From assembly GCA_964454335.1 (NCBI GenBank), contig CAYVVT010000003.1, forward strand, positions 203,316-267,315: DNA of 64,000 bases, in the 5' to 3' direction. The position numbers and the translations under genes were made by a program. The DNA is from an uncultured Lentisphaeria bacterium. Its GTDB lineage: Bacteria; Fidelibacterota; UBA8477; JABMPR01. The notes under the pieces are model-generated. The model saw nothing but the letters and a program-made list of their open reading frames with translations, ran no database searches and was not told the DNA's origin. Of the stretch, positions 36,423-46,708 are shown piece by piece (positions within the stretch are counted from its first letter, which is position 1; each line of letters opens with the position of its first letter).

Positions 36423-39335
36423 ATGCATCGAATTCAAAGGATCTCAATCGCTGCGATACTGTTGTTGTCCTGCTTTCTGGGAACGCTCATGGCTCAGCCT
36501 GGAGAATGGACCATTCTGGAAACTTATCCCATCCCTGAGGGCGCTTCAGGTCTGGCTTTTGATGGGATCAATCTGTTCTGTGGCATCTACGGCTCCAACG
36601 GTGACGAGATCTATATCATCGATCCTTCCGATGGCAGTTTCGATCTATATCTCACTGGTCCCCAGGATGATGCATATGGTCTGACCTGGGACGGCAGCAA
36701 CCTCTGGACGACCTATCATCCGGGTGCCTATGACCCAGCCATAGCTGTGGAACTGGACAGCACTGGTACTGTAATCTCGCAATTCGAACTGCCGGCCACC
36801 TATATCTCGGGGATCGCCTATGATGGAGGGAACTTCTGGGTAAACCAATACTACCCGGATCCCTCTCAGATCTACCTGGTCAATGCGCTAGGTGCTGTTC
36901 TGACACAATTCCAGGCACCGGACAACCAGCCATGGGATATCTGTCTCCAGGATTCGAGCTTGTGGATCGCAGATTACTGGGGTGATGCCCTGTACAAGGT
37001 TGATCCTGTTGATGGCTCACTTATCGAATCGCATGACTCGGAAGGGGTTGATCCTGCAGGCATCGTGTGGGACGGACAATATCTCTGGTACTGCGACAAT
37101 GGACAGGGTTATGACCAGGACTATCTTTACAAGATCGATCTGGGCGGAACTGGTACGCCGGTCATCGAACTCCTTCATCAAGAACTGGATTTCGGAAATG
37201 TTATCGTAGGTGAAACGGATACCTTGTTCCAGGTGATGACCAACACGGGCAATGGTGACCTGATCATCACAGACCTGAGCTTCAGCGAAGCTGAGTTCTC
37301 GAGTTCATTTGCAGTTCCTGATACAATTACTACCGGTGATACAGTTCAGATTCCAGTCTATGTATCCCCAACAGAATGGTACACACTAAGCGCTGAGTTT
37401 CAGATCAATTCAAATGATCCGGTTACACCGGTCGCTCCCACGGTGGTTGAGGTATTCGGGATACATTATGAGTATAATCTTGTAATTGAATCGTGCTGGC
37501 AGGATTTCGGTACAGTTCGCCAGGGATCCCTGACCTCACGCACACTTCTGATCAGCAACATCGGAGCTCTGCCCCTGGAGTTGAATTCAGTTGAATTGGC
37601 CCAAGATGGAGGTCAGCCCGGTGAATTCTTCATTGACGACGATCTGCTCACACCTTTAGTGCTGAATACTCGTGATTCTCTGTCATTCCGATTATGGTTC
37701 CAGAGTGATGAAGCGGGTGCGAATGAAGGAGCATTAACATTTCACGGACAACAGAATACATGGACGGTATTCCTCGACGTGGAGGCTATCGCTTTTGAGG
37801 AGTACATCGGAACTGAATTCTGGTCCTATCTAACTAATCTAGACGGCGAGAAAGTGGTGGCCATCAGACCTTTTGTTGACATCAACGATGATGGTATAGA
37901 CGAAGTCCTTGTCGCCGACAATGATTATGGTCTCCACTGCATCAATGGTAACAGTTCCGGTCCGGCAGATGCGTTCTGGATCTTCAGTAGTGATATCCCC
38001 GAGATAGGCACCGGTTCAGTCTATCACGAGCGGGGTCTGGCTGTGGCAGACGATCTGAATGGGGACGGGATCCAGGACGTTATCCTGGGGACTGCCTGGG
38101 GCAGCCGGGCGGTGTTCGCCCTGGATGGCTCAAACGCCGAGATACTGTGGATTTACGACACACATGTCATCGGCGGTGGTGGCTGGATCTACGAGGTGGA
38201 TGCCAAAAGAGACTTCAACAGTGACGGCATCAGCGATGTGTTGGCCTGCTCCGGTGATGATGGTGGTGGTACGGGACCAAAGCGGGTATATCTCTTTGAC
38301 GGGACGAACGGGAACACGATCTGGGAGTATCCATTTGGACATGCTGTCACAGCCGTTAAAGGCATGGATGATGTTACAGGAGATGCCATACCGGATGTCA
38401 TCTGTGGAACCTCACCGGAGCTCTCGGATGCCCGGGTATACCTGCTGGACGGAGCCGACGGTTCCATTGAGTGGAGTTACGATACGGATGCCAGTGCAGT
38501 TTTTGCAGTTACAGCCATTCCAGATGCAGATTCCGATGGTCTTCCCGATATCGTCGCCGGTGACTTCAGCTCCGTGCTTCATGGTCTCAGCAGTACCGGC
38601 ACTGTATTTAACACGATCGATCTTGGTGGTGGCTTGATCACGAATTTAGAGCTCGGCTCATACCTGCTTAACTCCTGGCTGATCCCCACGGTGACAGGCA
38701 GCGGTTCATTTGATCTGGTGCGGTCGGGATTGGACATCGTCGAGTGGACCATCTCCCCGGGGGGCAATGTCCTTGATGCCAGTTATTCCCCTTCCATTGA
38801 TGGATACTGGTATGATCTGGACGTTCTTATCGGAACATTGGATGGCATCTTTGCGGTTTATGATGATGACAATGGTGAATTGGAATATTCTCAGACTTTC
38901 GCTGCCAGTGCGGTGGATCAGACAGCATCTATGAATGATATCGATGGCAACAATACACGCGAATTGCTGGTTGGATTGAGAAATGGATGGGTGCATTGCA
39001 TGTCCGGTGGCCCCATGGTTGTCTCGGACATGGAGGATCCCACAGCAAAACTACCGCGGGAGTACATACTGAAACAAAACCACCCTAATCCGTTCAATCC
39101 CAGCACGACTTTACGATTTGGATTGCCGGATGACTCCAGGGTAAAGCTGGACATCTACGATATCCGCGGTCATCATGTTACTACCATTCTCAATGGATGG
39201 ATGTCGGCGGGTTGGCATGAATTTGAATGGAATGCCGAGGATGACCTGGGCTTGTCCCTCAGTACAGGAGTCTACCTTTGTCATATGAGAGTGGCAGGAT
39301 TCTCCCGGTCGATCAAACTGGTGTACATGAAATAG
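36423..39335 (+). CDS. Secreted multidomain protein: N-terminal beta-propeller, two Ig-like (choice-of-anchor D/ASH) domains, FG-GAP/PQQ-like propeller, T9SS/FlgD sorting domain
   Basis: Repeats GL(A/T)(F/W)DG.NLW; LDFGNV...TNTGNGDLII...SNDP; DxNxDGxxD repeats with DGxxGxxxW; QNHPNPFNPST...STGVYL. Confidence 0.88.
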   Translation: MHRIQRISIAAILLLSCFLGTLMAQPGEWTILETYPIPEGASGLAFDGINLFCGIYGSNGDEIYIIDPSDGSFDLYLTGPQDDAYGLTWDGSNLWTTYHPGAYDPAIAVELDSTGTVISQFELPATYISGIAYDGGNFWVNQYYPDPSQIYLVNALGAVLTQFQAPDNQPWDICLQDSSLWIADYWGDALYKVDPVDGSLIESHDSEGVDPAGIVWDGQYLWYCDNGQGYDQDYLYKIDLGGTGTPVIELLHQELDFGNVIVGETDTLFQVMTNTGNGDLIITDLSFSEAEFSSSFAVPDTITTGDTVQIPVYVSPTEWYTLSAEFQINSNDPVTPVAPTVVEVFGIHYEYNLVIESCWQDFGTVRQGSLTSRTLLISNIGALPLELNSVELAQDGGQPGEFFIDDDLLTPLVLNTRDSLSFRLWFQSDEAGANEGALTFHGQQNTWTVFLDVEAIAFEEYIGTEFWSYLTNLDGEKVVAIRPFVDINDDGIDEVLVADNDYGLHCINGNSSGPADAFWIFSSDIPEIGTGSVYHERGLAVADDLNGDGIQDVILGTAWGSRAVFALDGSNAEILWIYDTHVIGGGGWIYEVDAKRDFNSDGISDVLACSGDDGGGTGPKRVYLFDGTNGNTIWEYPFGHAVTAVKGMDDVTGDAIPDVICGTSPELSDARVYLLDGADGSIEWSYDTDASAVFAVTAIPDADSDGLPDIVAGDFSSVLHGLSSTGTVFNTIDLGGGLITNLELGSYLLNSWLIPTVTGSGSFDLVRSGLDIVEWTISPGGNVLDASYSPSIDGYWYDLDVLIGTLDGIFAVYDDDNGELEYSQTFAASAVDQTASMNDIDGNNTRELLVGLRNGWVHCMSGGPMVVSDMEDPTAKLPREYILKQNHPNPFNPSTTLRFGLPDDSRVKLDIYDIRGHHVTTILNGWMSAGWHEFEWNAEDDLGLSLSTGVYLCHMRVAGFSRSIKLVYMK

Positions 39336-39426
39336 GTTAATAAAGCTGTCAATTTCCTGTAAAATGTCATAGAAATTCTCATAGATTTGGGCCCGTTCAT
39401 CGATAATCAGGATGTCGGAGAGAGTG

Positions 39427-39702
39427 ATGGAATGGCGCGCAAGTCATATACTGGTCAAAGATAAGCGCCTGGCCGAAGAACTGGCCAAGCAGCTGTCAAA
39501 AGGTGCACGCTTTGAAGCACTGGCCAAACAACATTCGACCTGTCCCAGCCGGTCCAAGGGCGGCGACCTGGGCTGGTTCGGCAGCGGGCAAATGGTGAAA
39601 CCTTTTGAGGACGCTGTTAAGAAAATTGGACGCGGTCGTGTGAGCAAACCTGTTCGTACCCAATTCGGCTACCACCTCATCAAGAAGACCGGAGAGCGAT
39701 GA
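39427..39702 (+). CDS. ppiC: Parvulin-type peptidyl-prolyl cis-trans isomerase
   Basis: ASHILV, FEALAKQHSTCPS, GGDLGWF, QMVKPFE, TQFGYHLI. Confidence 0.93.
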   Translation: MEWRASHILVKDKRLAEELAKQLSKGARFEALAKQHSTCPSRSKGGDLGWFGSGQMVKPFEDAVKKIGRGRVSKPVRTQFGYHLIKKTGER

Positions 39703-41126
39703 CTCCCCGCATCGAATCCAGGCGGCACGATATACGTGCCATCATCACGCTGCTCTCGGCGGTGGTGCATGCACGATTCCAGGATCGGCATCCCTTGGTT
39801 GTGGATCATGCTTTTGCAGATGGTTATTACTGTTATTTGGAAGGTCTCGATCGCCTCAGGTATCCTGCCCTGGCGAATGAGTTCAGATCAGCCATGCAAC
39901 AAATGCAGCGAGAGCAAACTCGGCTGAAGATCCGGAAGACCAAGCCAAAGGACTGGGAACACCTGCACGCGCCACGCTCGGGCGTAATCCGCCCGCCCAT
40001 CCTCATCCTGGGCGATTACAGCACACCATCCTACGAGTTCACCACATTGGATCTCGATGACCTCCCGGAATACGATCTGCAACCCTATGCAGACGGATTA
40101 CTGCTGCGAATCGCCCCGGATACAGATATCTCTATCCCCGCCTTCATCGACTCACCCAAATTATTCGAGACCATGGCGGAGAATGAGGAGTGGGGTCGTA
40201 TTCTCAGAGTAGAAACCATCTCCGACCTTAACGGTCAGATCATCAATATGGGCTTCAAGGAGATGATCTGGGTAGCTGAGGCCCTGCAGGACAAGAAGAT
40301 CGCCGCCATAGCCGACCAGATGGCAGAGCATAAGCGATTGAAGATCATCTTTATCGCCGGTCCATCATCATCCGGCAAGACAACTTTCACGAAGAAGCTG
40401 AGTACACATCTGCTGGTGAACGGTATACGTTCTCTGGTGATCTCCATGGACGATTACTTTCTGGATAGGCACCTGTTGGAGCCTCAGGCGGATGGTACTC
40501 TTGACTTTGAAAGCATCGATTGTCTTGATCTTGAATCCATTCAAAAAGATCTCAAACATCTGATCTATGGTGAGCCGATCCAGAAGCGCGAATACGATTT
40601 CAAGAACGGGCAGCAACACATACTGCCTGAAACGCTTAGTCTCGCAGCTGACCAGGTCCTCATCCTGGAAGGGATCCACGGATTGAATCCCATCATGGGT
40701 GAAGGTCTGCCTGCAGAAAGCTTTTTCCGGATCTATATCAGTGCGCTCACACAGTTGAACATTGATAATACACACCCTGTTTCCACCTCAGATGGACGCC
40801 TCATTCGTCGGATCGTACGTGACCATAATTTCAGAGGCTACACAGCTGATGATACCCTAACCCGCTGGAACTCGGTGCGTTATGGCGAACTTCGCAACAT
40901 CTTTCCATTCCAGGAACAGGCCGATGCCATGTTCAACTCAGCACTGGTCTATGAGCTGTCTATTCTGAAACGCTATGCAATACCCTTGCTGCGTCAGGCA
41001 GCCAAGAATACAGTCCGAAACCGCTTGATCAATCTACTTTCCCTTTTCCAGAGCATACCTGACCGTCATGTTCCGGGTACTTCCATCCTGCGGGAATTCA
41101 TCGGGAAGAGTTACTTCAGTTATTAG
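39699..41126 (+). CDS. Uridine-kinase-family nucleoside kinase with a ThrRS-like N-terminal region
   Basis: P-loop IAGPSSSGKTT, ISMDDYF, LEGIHGLNP, RLIRRIVRD, FNSALVYEL, SILREFIG. Confidence 0.88.
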   Translation: MTPRIESRRHDIRAIITLLSAVVHARFQDRHPLVVDHAFADGYYCYLEGLDRLRYPALANEFRSAMQQMQREQTRLKIRKTKPKDWEHLHAPRSGVIRPPILILGDYSTPSYEFTTLDLDDLPEYDLQPYADGLLLRIAPDTDISIPAFIDSPKLFETMAENEEWGRILRVETISDLNGQIINMGFKEMIWVAEALQDKKIAAIADQMAEHKRLKIIFIAGPSSSGKTTFTKKLSTHLLVNGIRSLVISMDDYFLDRHLLEPQADGTLDFESIDCLDLESIQKDLKHLIYGEPIQKREYDFKNGQQHILPETLSLAADQVLILEGIHGLNPIMGEGLPAESFFRIYISALTQLNIDNTHPVSTSDGRLIRRIVRDHNFRGYTADDTLTRWNSVRYGELRNIFPFQEQADAMFNSALVYELSILKRYAIPLLRQAAKNTVRNRLINLLSLFQSIPDRHVPGTSILREFIGKSYFSY

Positions 41127-41134
41127 ATTAGCGC

Positions 41135-41758
41135 ATGAACATTGTTGTGGTCCTCGCTGGTTTGCCCCCGGGAAATGCAGTCCTGAAACAGTTCTGCCCC
41201 CGTGCTGACAAGGTCATCGCCGTAGACGGAGGCTACCTGGCCTTTCAGGGATCCGGCCTGCTACCGGATGTGCTCATCGGTGATCTGGATTCGCTTGGAG
41301 CTGATCCGGCCATCGATGGATCCGTCCAGGTGGAATCCAGACCCAGTCAGGACGAAACGGATCTTCAGAAGGCACTTACCTACTGCCGGTCCCTCGGTGA
41401 TATCGAATCTATAATCGTTCTGGGCGGAACCGGTTTGAGAACCGATCATCTGCTCAACAATCTGCTGATCCTGGCAGGTATGCCCGCCTCTCTGGAAATC
41501 TGTATGATCTCAGCTTCCGAGGCCATTTACCGCGTCACCCCTGAATTTTCATTTGCCAAGAGAATAAGTATGGGTAAGGCGCTGAGTATCATACCTATAA
41601 CTGATTGTACATCAGTAAACACATCAGGTCTTGAATGGGATCTGGACCATGCAAAAATGGGTGTTTCACACAGATTGAGCCAGAGCAATCGGGTTCAGGT
41701 GGATGAAGTAACTATCCAATGTGGTTCCGGGATACTGTATGTCATTGTGAATCAGTGA
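41135..41758 (+). CDS. thiN: Thiamine diphosphokinase
   Basis: IAVDGG, IGDLDS, QDETDLQKAL, GGTGLRTDH, TSGLEWDL, SQSN. Confidence 0.9.
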   Translation: MNIVVVLAGLPPGNAVLKQFCPRADKVIAVDGGYLAFQGSGLLPDVLIGDLDSLGADPAIDGSVQVESRPSQDETDLQKALTYCRSLGDIESIIVLGGTGLRTDHLLNNLLILAGMPASLEICMISASEAIYRVTPEFSFAKRISMGKALSIIPITDCTSVNTSGLEWDLDHAKMGVSHRLSQSNRVQVDEVTIQCGSGILYVIVNQ

Positions 41759-41775
41759 TCTAGATAGTCTATCCT

Positions 41776-43161
41776 ATGTCATTACATTATCTCGATTATT
41801 CAATAATCATCCTCTATTTTCTGGCTACGATCCTCATCGGATTCTGGCGTCGTGAGAGATCCAGCAGAGAAGACTTCCTTCTCATGGGTCGCGGTCTTTC
41901 ACTACCCGCTTTTGTCGCCACCCTGGTCTCCACATGGTACGGTGGCATCATGGGTGTCAGCGAATACACCTACACCTACGGAATATCCAACTGGATCGTG
42001 TTTGGTTTCCCCTACTATGTCTTCGCCACTCTGTTCGCCCTTTTCGTGGCGCGGTCTGCCAGACGATCCAGCGTGGTAACCATACCCGAACTGCTGACTA
42101 AACACTATGGTGAGCGCGCAGGATTGCTGGGTGCCCTCTGGGTCCTGGTCCTCGGCTCCCCTGCTCCTTACGTACTCACAGTTGGTTTCCTCATCAGCTA
42201 TTTCTTTGAGGTTTCGTTGCCTCTGGCACTTCTGGTGGGAACTCTGTTCTCCACCATCTACATCTTGCGAGGTGGGTTTCGTTCTGTCGTTCGTACGGAT
42301 CTTCTGCAGTTCATGCTTATGTTTACAGGCTTCATCGTCCTTTTCATCGTCCTGATGCTGAAACAGGGATCACCAGTTGCACTGTGGTCAGAGCTACCGG
42401 ATGGGCATCGACAGTACGATGGCGGGCAGGGTTTCGGTTACATCCTCGTGTGGTTCTTCATCGCCAGTATGACGCTGATCGATCCTGGCTTTCATCAACG
42501 CACCTATGCCACCAGGGATCCCGCCACGGCACGCAAGGGTATATTGGCCGCCATTGCATTCTGGTTCTTTTTCGATCTGCTTACGACTTTCACGGGCTTG
42601 TATGCTGTTGCACTGCTGCCTGCGGATACACAACCCTCACTGGCTTTCATCGATCTGGCTGTGAGGATGCTCCCGGCGGGCGTTCTGGGACTGTTCCTCA
42701 TCGGCCTGCTTGCTACAGTCATGTCCACGCTGGATAGCAATGCCCTTGTCTCAGGGATGACACTGGGCCATGATCTCATGCGACGGATCCCCCGCCTCGC
42801 AAGATACTCAAGTAAAAGCCTGACACGTTTTGGTGTGGTCATCACAATGCTGCTCGCTGCCGGTATCGCCTGGCGGATACCCTCCGTAGTGGACCTGTGG
42901 TACAGCTTCGGGACCATCGCCATCCCAGCCATGCTCATTCCGGTCCTGTGGGCTTACCATCCGCGCACCCCTTCGGTTCCAGGTGTCATCACAGTTAATC
43001 TTGTTCTGGCGCCAGCCTGTTCCATCCTCTGGTGGATTTTTGCCCGGAATGCTGATGGGAGCTTTTACCTTGGTCTGCAGCCATTCTATCCTGGTATGAT
43101 CATGAGTATTCTACTATTCACATATGCATATCTGAATAACGCTCGGAAGGGAGTAAAATGA
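41776..43161 (+). CDS. Sodium:solute symporter (SSS) family transporter
   Basis: About 13 TM helices, ATLVSTWYGG, GGFRSVVRTDLLQF, DPGFHQR, ATVMSTLDS. Confidence 0.92.
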   Translation: MSLHYLDYSIIILYFLATILIGFWRRERSSREDFLLMGRGLSLPAFVATLVSTWYGGIMGVSEYTYTYGISNWIVFGFPYYVFATLFALFVARSARRSSVVTIPELLTKHYGERAGLLGALWVLVLGSPAPYVLTVGFLISYFFEVSLPLALLVGTLFSTIYILRGGFRSVVRTDLLQFMLMFTGFIVLFIVLMLKQGSPVALWSELPDGHRQYDGGQGFGYILVWFFIASMTLIDPGFHQRTYATRDPATARKGILAAIAFWFFFDLLTTFTGLYAVALLPADTQPSLAFIDLAVRMLPAGVLGLFLIGLLATVMSTLDSNALVSGMTLGHDLMRRIPRLARYSSKSLTRFGVVITMLLAAGIAWRIPSVVDLWYSFGTIAIPAMLIPVLWAYHPRTPSVPGVITVNLVLAPACSILWWIFARNADGSFYLGLQPFYPGMIMSILLFTYAYLNNARKGVK

Positions 43162-43925
43162 GTTTGAAGGGAAAAGTCGTACTCATCACAGGCGCCAGTG
43201 CCGGTATAGGTGCCGCATGTGCTGATCAATTTGCCGCTGAAGGTGCAAATCTGGTACTCGCTGCAAGACGACAGGAAAGACTGATCGCACTGAGGGATGA
43301 ACTGCAAACCAGGTATGAGGTGTCCGTGGCCGTGATCGCCGCAGATGTCCGTGACAAACAGGCTCTGGAGGCGGCACTACAGAAACTTGATCCCCCATTT
43401 GACGAGATCAAGATCCTGGTGAACAATGCGGGTCTGGTCATCGGTGTTGATAAGGCATACGCAACGCCTGCGGAGGATGTCGATACGATGGTGGACACGA
43501 ATGTCAAGGGTGTCATGAACGTCATCCGCTCTGTCGTTCCAGGCATGCTCGACAGGCAGCAGGGGCATATCATCAATATCTCCTCCATCGCCGGACACGA
43601 GGCTTATCCCGGTGGGAGTGTCTACTGTGCCAGTAAGCATGCGGTGAACGCCCTCACCCAGAGTCTGCGTATGGACCTGGTGGACACACCGCTCCGGGTA
43701 ACGGCAATCTCCCCCGGTCACGTCGATACGGAGTTCAGCCTCGTCCGCTTCAAAGGGGATGCAGAGAAGGCTGCGGAGGTCTATGCAGGTATGGTGCCCC
43801 TCAGCGCTGAAGATATTGCCGAAGCCATTGTTTTTTGCGCGAGTAGACCGGCGCATGTGCAGGTAGCCGACATGATCATCTTCCCCAGCAGCCAGGCTGC
43901 AGCCAGAATTATACATCGGGAATGA
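43158..43925 (+). CDS. SDR-family NADP-dependent oxidoreductase (YdfG-like)
   Basis: TGASAGIG, ARR, NNAG, catalytic YCASK, PGHVDTEFS. Confidence 0.92.
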   Translation: MSLKGKVVLITGASAGIGAACADQFAAEGANLVLAARRQERLIALRDELQTRYEVSVAVIAADVRDKQALEAALQKLDPPFDEIKILVNNAGLVIGVDKAYATPAEDVDTMVDTNVKGVMNVIRSVVPGMLDRQQGHIINISSIAGHEAYPGGSVYCASKHAVNALTQSLRMDLVDTPLRVTAISPGHVDTEFSLVRFKGDAEKAAEVYAGMVPLSAEDIAEAIVFCASRPAHVQVADMIIFPSSQAAARIIHRE

Positions 43926-44032
43926 ACTCATATCACACGTCAGCACGTATTGTGATTTAAAGCAGTGTTTCCAAGGAGTTATCACCCTTAAATTAGTACG
44001 ACGACCATTAAGACGATGTAAAGGGGTTTGCC

Positions 44033-45727
44033 ATGCCTACGCGACATATCACGATCACCACCATTATCCTGCTTATTGGGATGGGTTTATTCCTGCTCTC
44101 TGGCTGCGAGGAAACTTCTACCAACGAGCGGGAGGCCGATTCACTGGTCCAGTTGGCAGTAGCTGAGCTGGAAGCAGCGTTCATGTACTTCAGTGAGAAT
44201 ATCACCGGCGATGATTCTCTGGAGCAGGTCCTGGACGCCATGGATGTGGCCGCGGCCTATAACCATTTCGATGAAGCGCATTCACTTGATCCTGAGAACA
44301 GCCAGGCGAGTTTCGGGCTTGGATTCACAACCATCCTGATGATCACACAGGATCAGTCCATGCGCGATCTCATGCTGGAATGGGATGCCTATTTCAGCGC
44401 TGGTCCATTTCGGATCGCCGGTCCCTTCCTGCCAGCTTCGATCCTGGGTCCTCACATCGGATATGCAGCTATACCCGATATTGCCCGTTTGATGGAGCTG
44501 ACCCTCAGCCCGATGTCAGAACTGGCCAGACCCTCTGACGGCATCCCGCAATTCTCAGATCTTCAGGATCTCATCTCCAATGTCGTTCTACCCATGGTTG
44601 AGTCCGGGATCACCAGTTTCGCCAATGTTCAATCAGATAGCGCTTTCACATTCACACTGGGTATTGATCTGGATCCCGAGGATGCTGTTGATCATGTGCA
44701 ATTTGATCAGGCAGACGTCTACGCGCTTAACGGCGGCCTCAGTGCGATCAAGGGTTTCCTGCGCACGATGCTGGCCTACAATTTCGACTTTGCCAGCCAT
44801 GATTCAGCCGGGATACTCACAGAACTGGACCAGGATTCGGATTTTGCCACCCTGCTGCCCGATGGCGGTATGTCCCTCAGCAGTGCTCGATCAGCCTTCC
44901 TGATCACAGTAGCCTTTATGCAAAGCACATTGGACCTGGTCGCTGCTGAGACAGACGATCAGTCGAACGATTTCATCACATTCAGCGGACCGGATGAAAT
45001 GGACTCCATCTCGGTTGCCCTGGCAGAAGCTGAGGCAGCACTGAATGGTCCGGCCATGATGGCCTTGGATGAGGATGATCCCACGGATAGTACGCTGGTG
45101 GATATCAGTGCTTTTTTCACTGAGCCCATCAATGATTTCAAGGCCTTACTGCCACCCTACGAGATCGGGACGCAGTTGGATACGATGTACGAGTGGGATA
45201 ATCTCGTTGCCATCATCTATCATGTAGAGGATAGCGTGGTAGCCGATCTGCCGGGTTACACCCTGAACAATTCGAATGTCACACTGACCTTCCTTTATGA
45301 CAAATCACCAGAAGCAACGATCCTGCAGGGCAGCCTGGTAGTGGATCTCTTTACCTTCCCGATTTCACCGGAGACGCTGTATATGTTTCCGGCGACCATT
45401 CAGGAAGCTTACGCGGAATTCATTACCTATACTGAGATATATGACCTGGACACCTACGTACCCCACGCCCACATCTGGCTCCACTGGAGTGGAACCATCA
45501 CTGAGGGTGAATCGCTTGAAATATCAGCAGATCTGGTGGTTGAGGCGGAATACATGGAGGGCATTTATGTCGCCCCGGAGATAACCTGGGACGCGGATGA
45601 TTACAGCAGCTGGCTGGCATCCTGGCCGGATCCGACCTTCAACCAGATCTTCCCGGAGATGAACCATGCGGATCTGGAAGATTTCCTGGATCTCGATCCG
45701 TCTGATTGGTCTAAGACCGGACCTTGA
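44033..45727 (+). CDS. Acidic hypothetical lipoprotein
   Basis: Lipobox LLSGC, TPR-like DPENSQASFGLG, ends DPTFNQIFPEM. Confidence 0.82.
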   Translation: MPTRHITITTIILLIGMGLFLLSGCEETSTNEREADSLVQLAVAELEAAFMYFSENITGDDSLEQVLDAMDVAAAYNHFDEAHSLDPENSQASFGLGFTTILMITQDQSMRDLMLEWDAYFSAGPFRIAGPFLPASILGPHIGYAAIPDIARLMELTLSPMSELARPSDGIPQFSDLQDLISNVVLPMVESGITSFANVQSDSAFTFTLGIDLDPEDAVDHVQFDQADVYALNGGLSAIKGFLRTMLAYNFDFASHDSAGILTELDQDSDFATLLPDGGMSLSSARSAFLITVAFMQSTLDLVAAETDDQSNDFITFSGPDEMDSISVALAEAEAALNGPAMMALDEDDPTDSTLVDISAFFTEPINDFKALLPPYEIGTQLDTMYEWDNLVAIIYHVEDSVVADLPGYTLNNSNVTLTFLYDKSPEATILQGSLVVDLFTFPISPETLYMFPATIQEAYAEFITYTEIYDLDTYVPHAHIWLHWSGTITEGESLEISADLVVEAEYMEGIYVAPEITWDADDYSSWLASWPDPTFNQIFPEMNHADLEDFLDLDPSDWSKTGP

Positions 45728-45741
45728 GAAATCGACTGATG

Positions 45742-45774
45742 AAAAAGAAAGGCCACCAAATGGTGGCCTTTTTT
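45742..45774. terminator. Bidirectional Rho-independent terminator between convergent genes
   Basis: AAAAAGAAAGGCCACCA-AA-TGGTGGCCTTTTTT. Confidence 0.85.
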
Positions 45775-45808
45775 ATACGTGCATAATGATGACAATTGGG
45801 GGGTGTAT

Positions 45809-46708
45809 CTAGGATGCAGAATCCTCCACCTGCAGATCCTCCAGAGTCTTCTCATATCGGTTCAGGGATGATTTTGAGAACTCGAACACCATGGGATTTC
45901 CAGCGAGGGTGGTGATCATGACACTGCCTTCTTCACCTTCCTCGTGGAATTTCAACTCCAGGTTCTGCCCACTGTAGAGATCGATGGAAATAGTAAGTGC
46001 CGGGTCTGCAGCTGCCACCCACTCCTGTCTGAAGTTGGAAGCCCGCATGTTGCCCAGCGGTCGCAGCAGATCCTCAACTTTCTTGGGATCCACCCCTACA
46101 CCATTGTAATCCCAGACGCCTTCGTTGAGTTTCAGCGAATAATCGTACATCCCGGAAAAACGAACACCCACAATCTCTTCCAGACCGAAGCTGGTGATAC
46201 TGCGGTTCCAGTAGCCACTCTTGGTGGCATTGCGGTAACGCCCCAGCGATGCTTTCACGGCGTATACGGCATCCTCTGCCTCTCGTCTGACCATGGTTTC
46301 CATGTAGTTGCTTCCGGATTTCCCCAGGATCAACTCCTCGATCCGGGCATCTCCGGCATCGACGAAGCGAATCCGCTTGCCATCTGGTCCTACTTCGTAT
46401 TTCGTATGATTCTCGACCTTTGTTGAGACGATCCTGTCAGCAGTCAAAGTGCTGAACTCCTCAAGCAGGGCGTTTACGCGATTGGTATCGGCGGGATAGC
46501 CGTCCAGCAACCATTCACGATCCATTCTTGTGAAGCGCAAGGTATCATCTTCACTCAACACCACGATGGTCCCCACACCTTCAGTATCGAACTGAAAGCG
46601 GTCACCGTCCACCTGCTTTGTGTCCTGGGGACCGGTTTTGAAAGCGAAGTATACGATCACCAGGATCACCAGTAAGGCACCGGCGATGAGATTGTTCCTG
46701 TTTTTCAT
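45809..46708 (-). CDS. DUF4340-domain protein
   Basis: N-terminal TM, two repeated domains (YPADTNRVNALL / VDPKKVEDLL), last gene of the Gld-type ABC cluster. Start 46708 has a TGATG overlap with the upstream stop. Confidence 0.82.
   Translation of the reverse strand: MKNRNNLIAGALLVILVIVYFAFKTGPQDTKQVDGDRFQFDTEGVGTIVVLSEDDTLRFTRMDREWLLDGYPADTNRVNALLEEFSTLTADRIVSTKVENHTKYEVGPDGKRIRFVDAGDARIEELILGKSGSNYMETMVRREAEDAVYAVKASLGRYRNATKSGYWNRSITSFGLEEIVGVRFSGMYDYSLKLNEGVWDYNGVGVDPKKVEDLLRPLGNMRASNFRQEWVAAADPALTISIDLYSGQNLELKFHEEGEEGSVMITTLAGNPMVFEFSKSSLNRYEKTLEDLQVEDSAS

Noticed and set aside
43944-43970. Possible further copy of the 27-bp palindrome
   Set aside because: Only the core (GTGATTTAAAG) is vaguely similar and the arms do not match.
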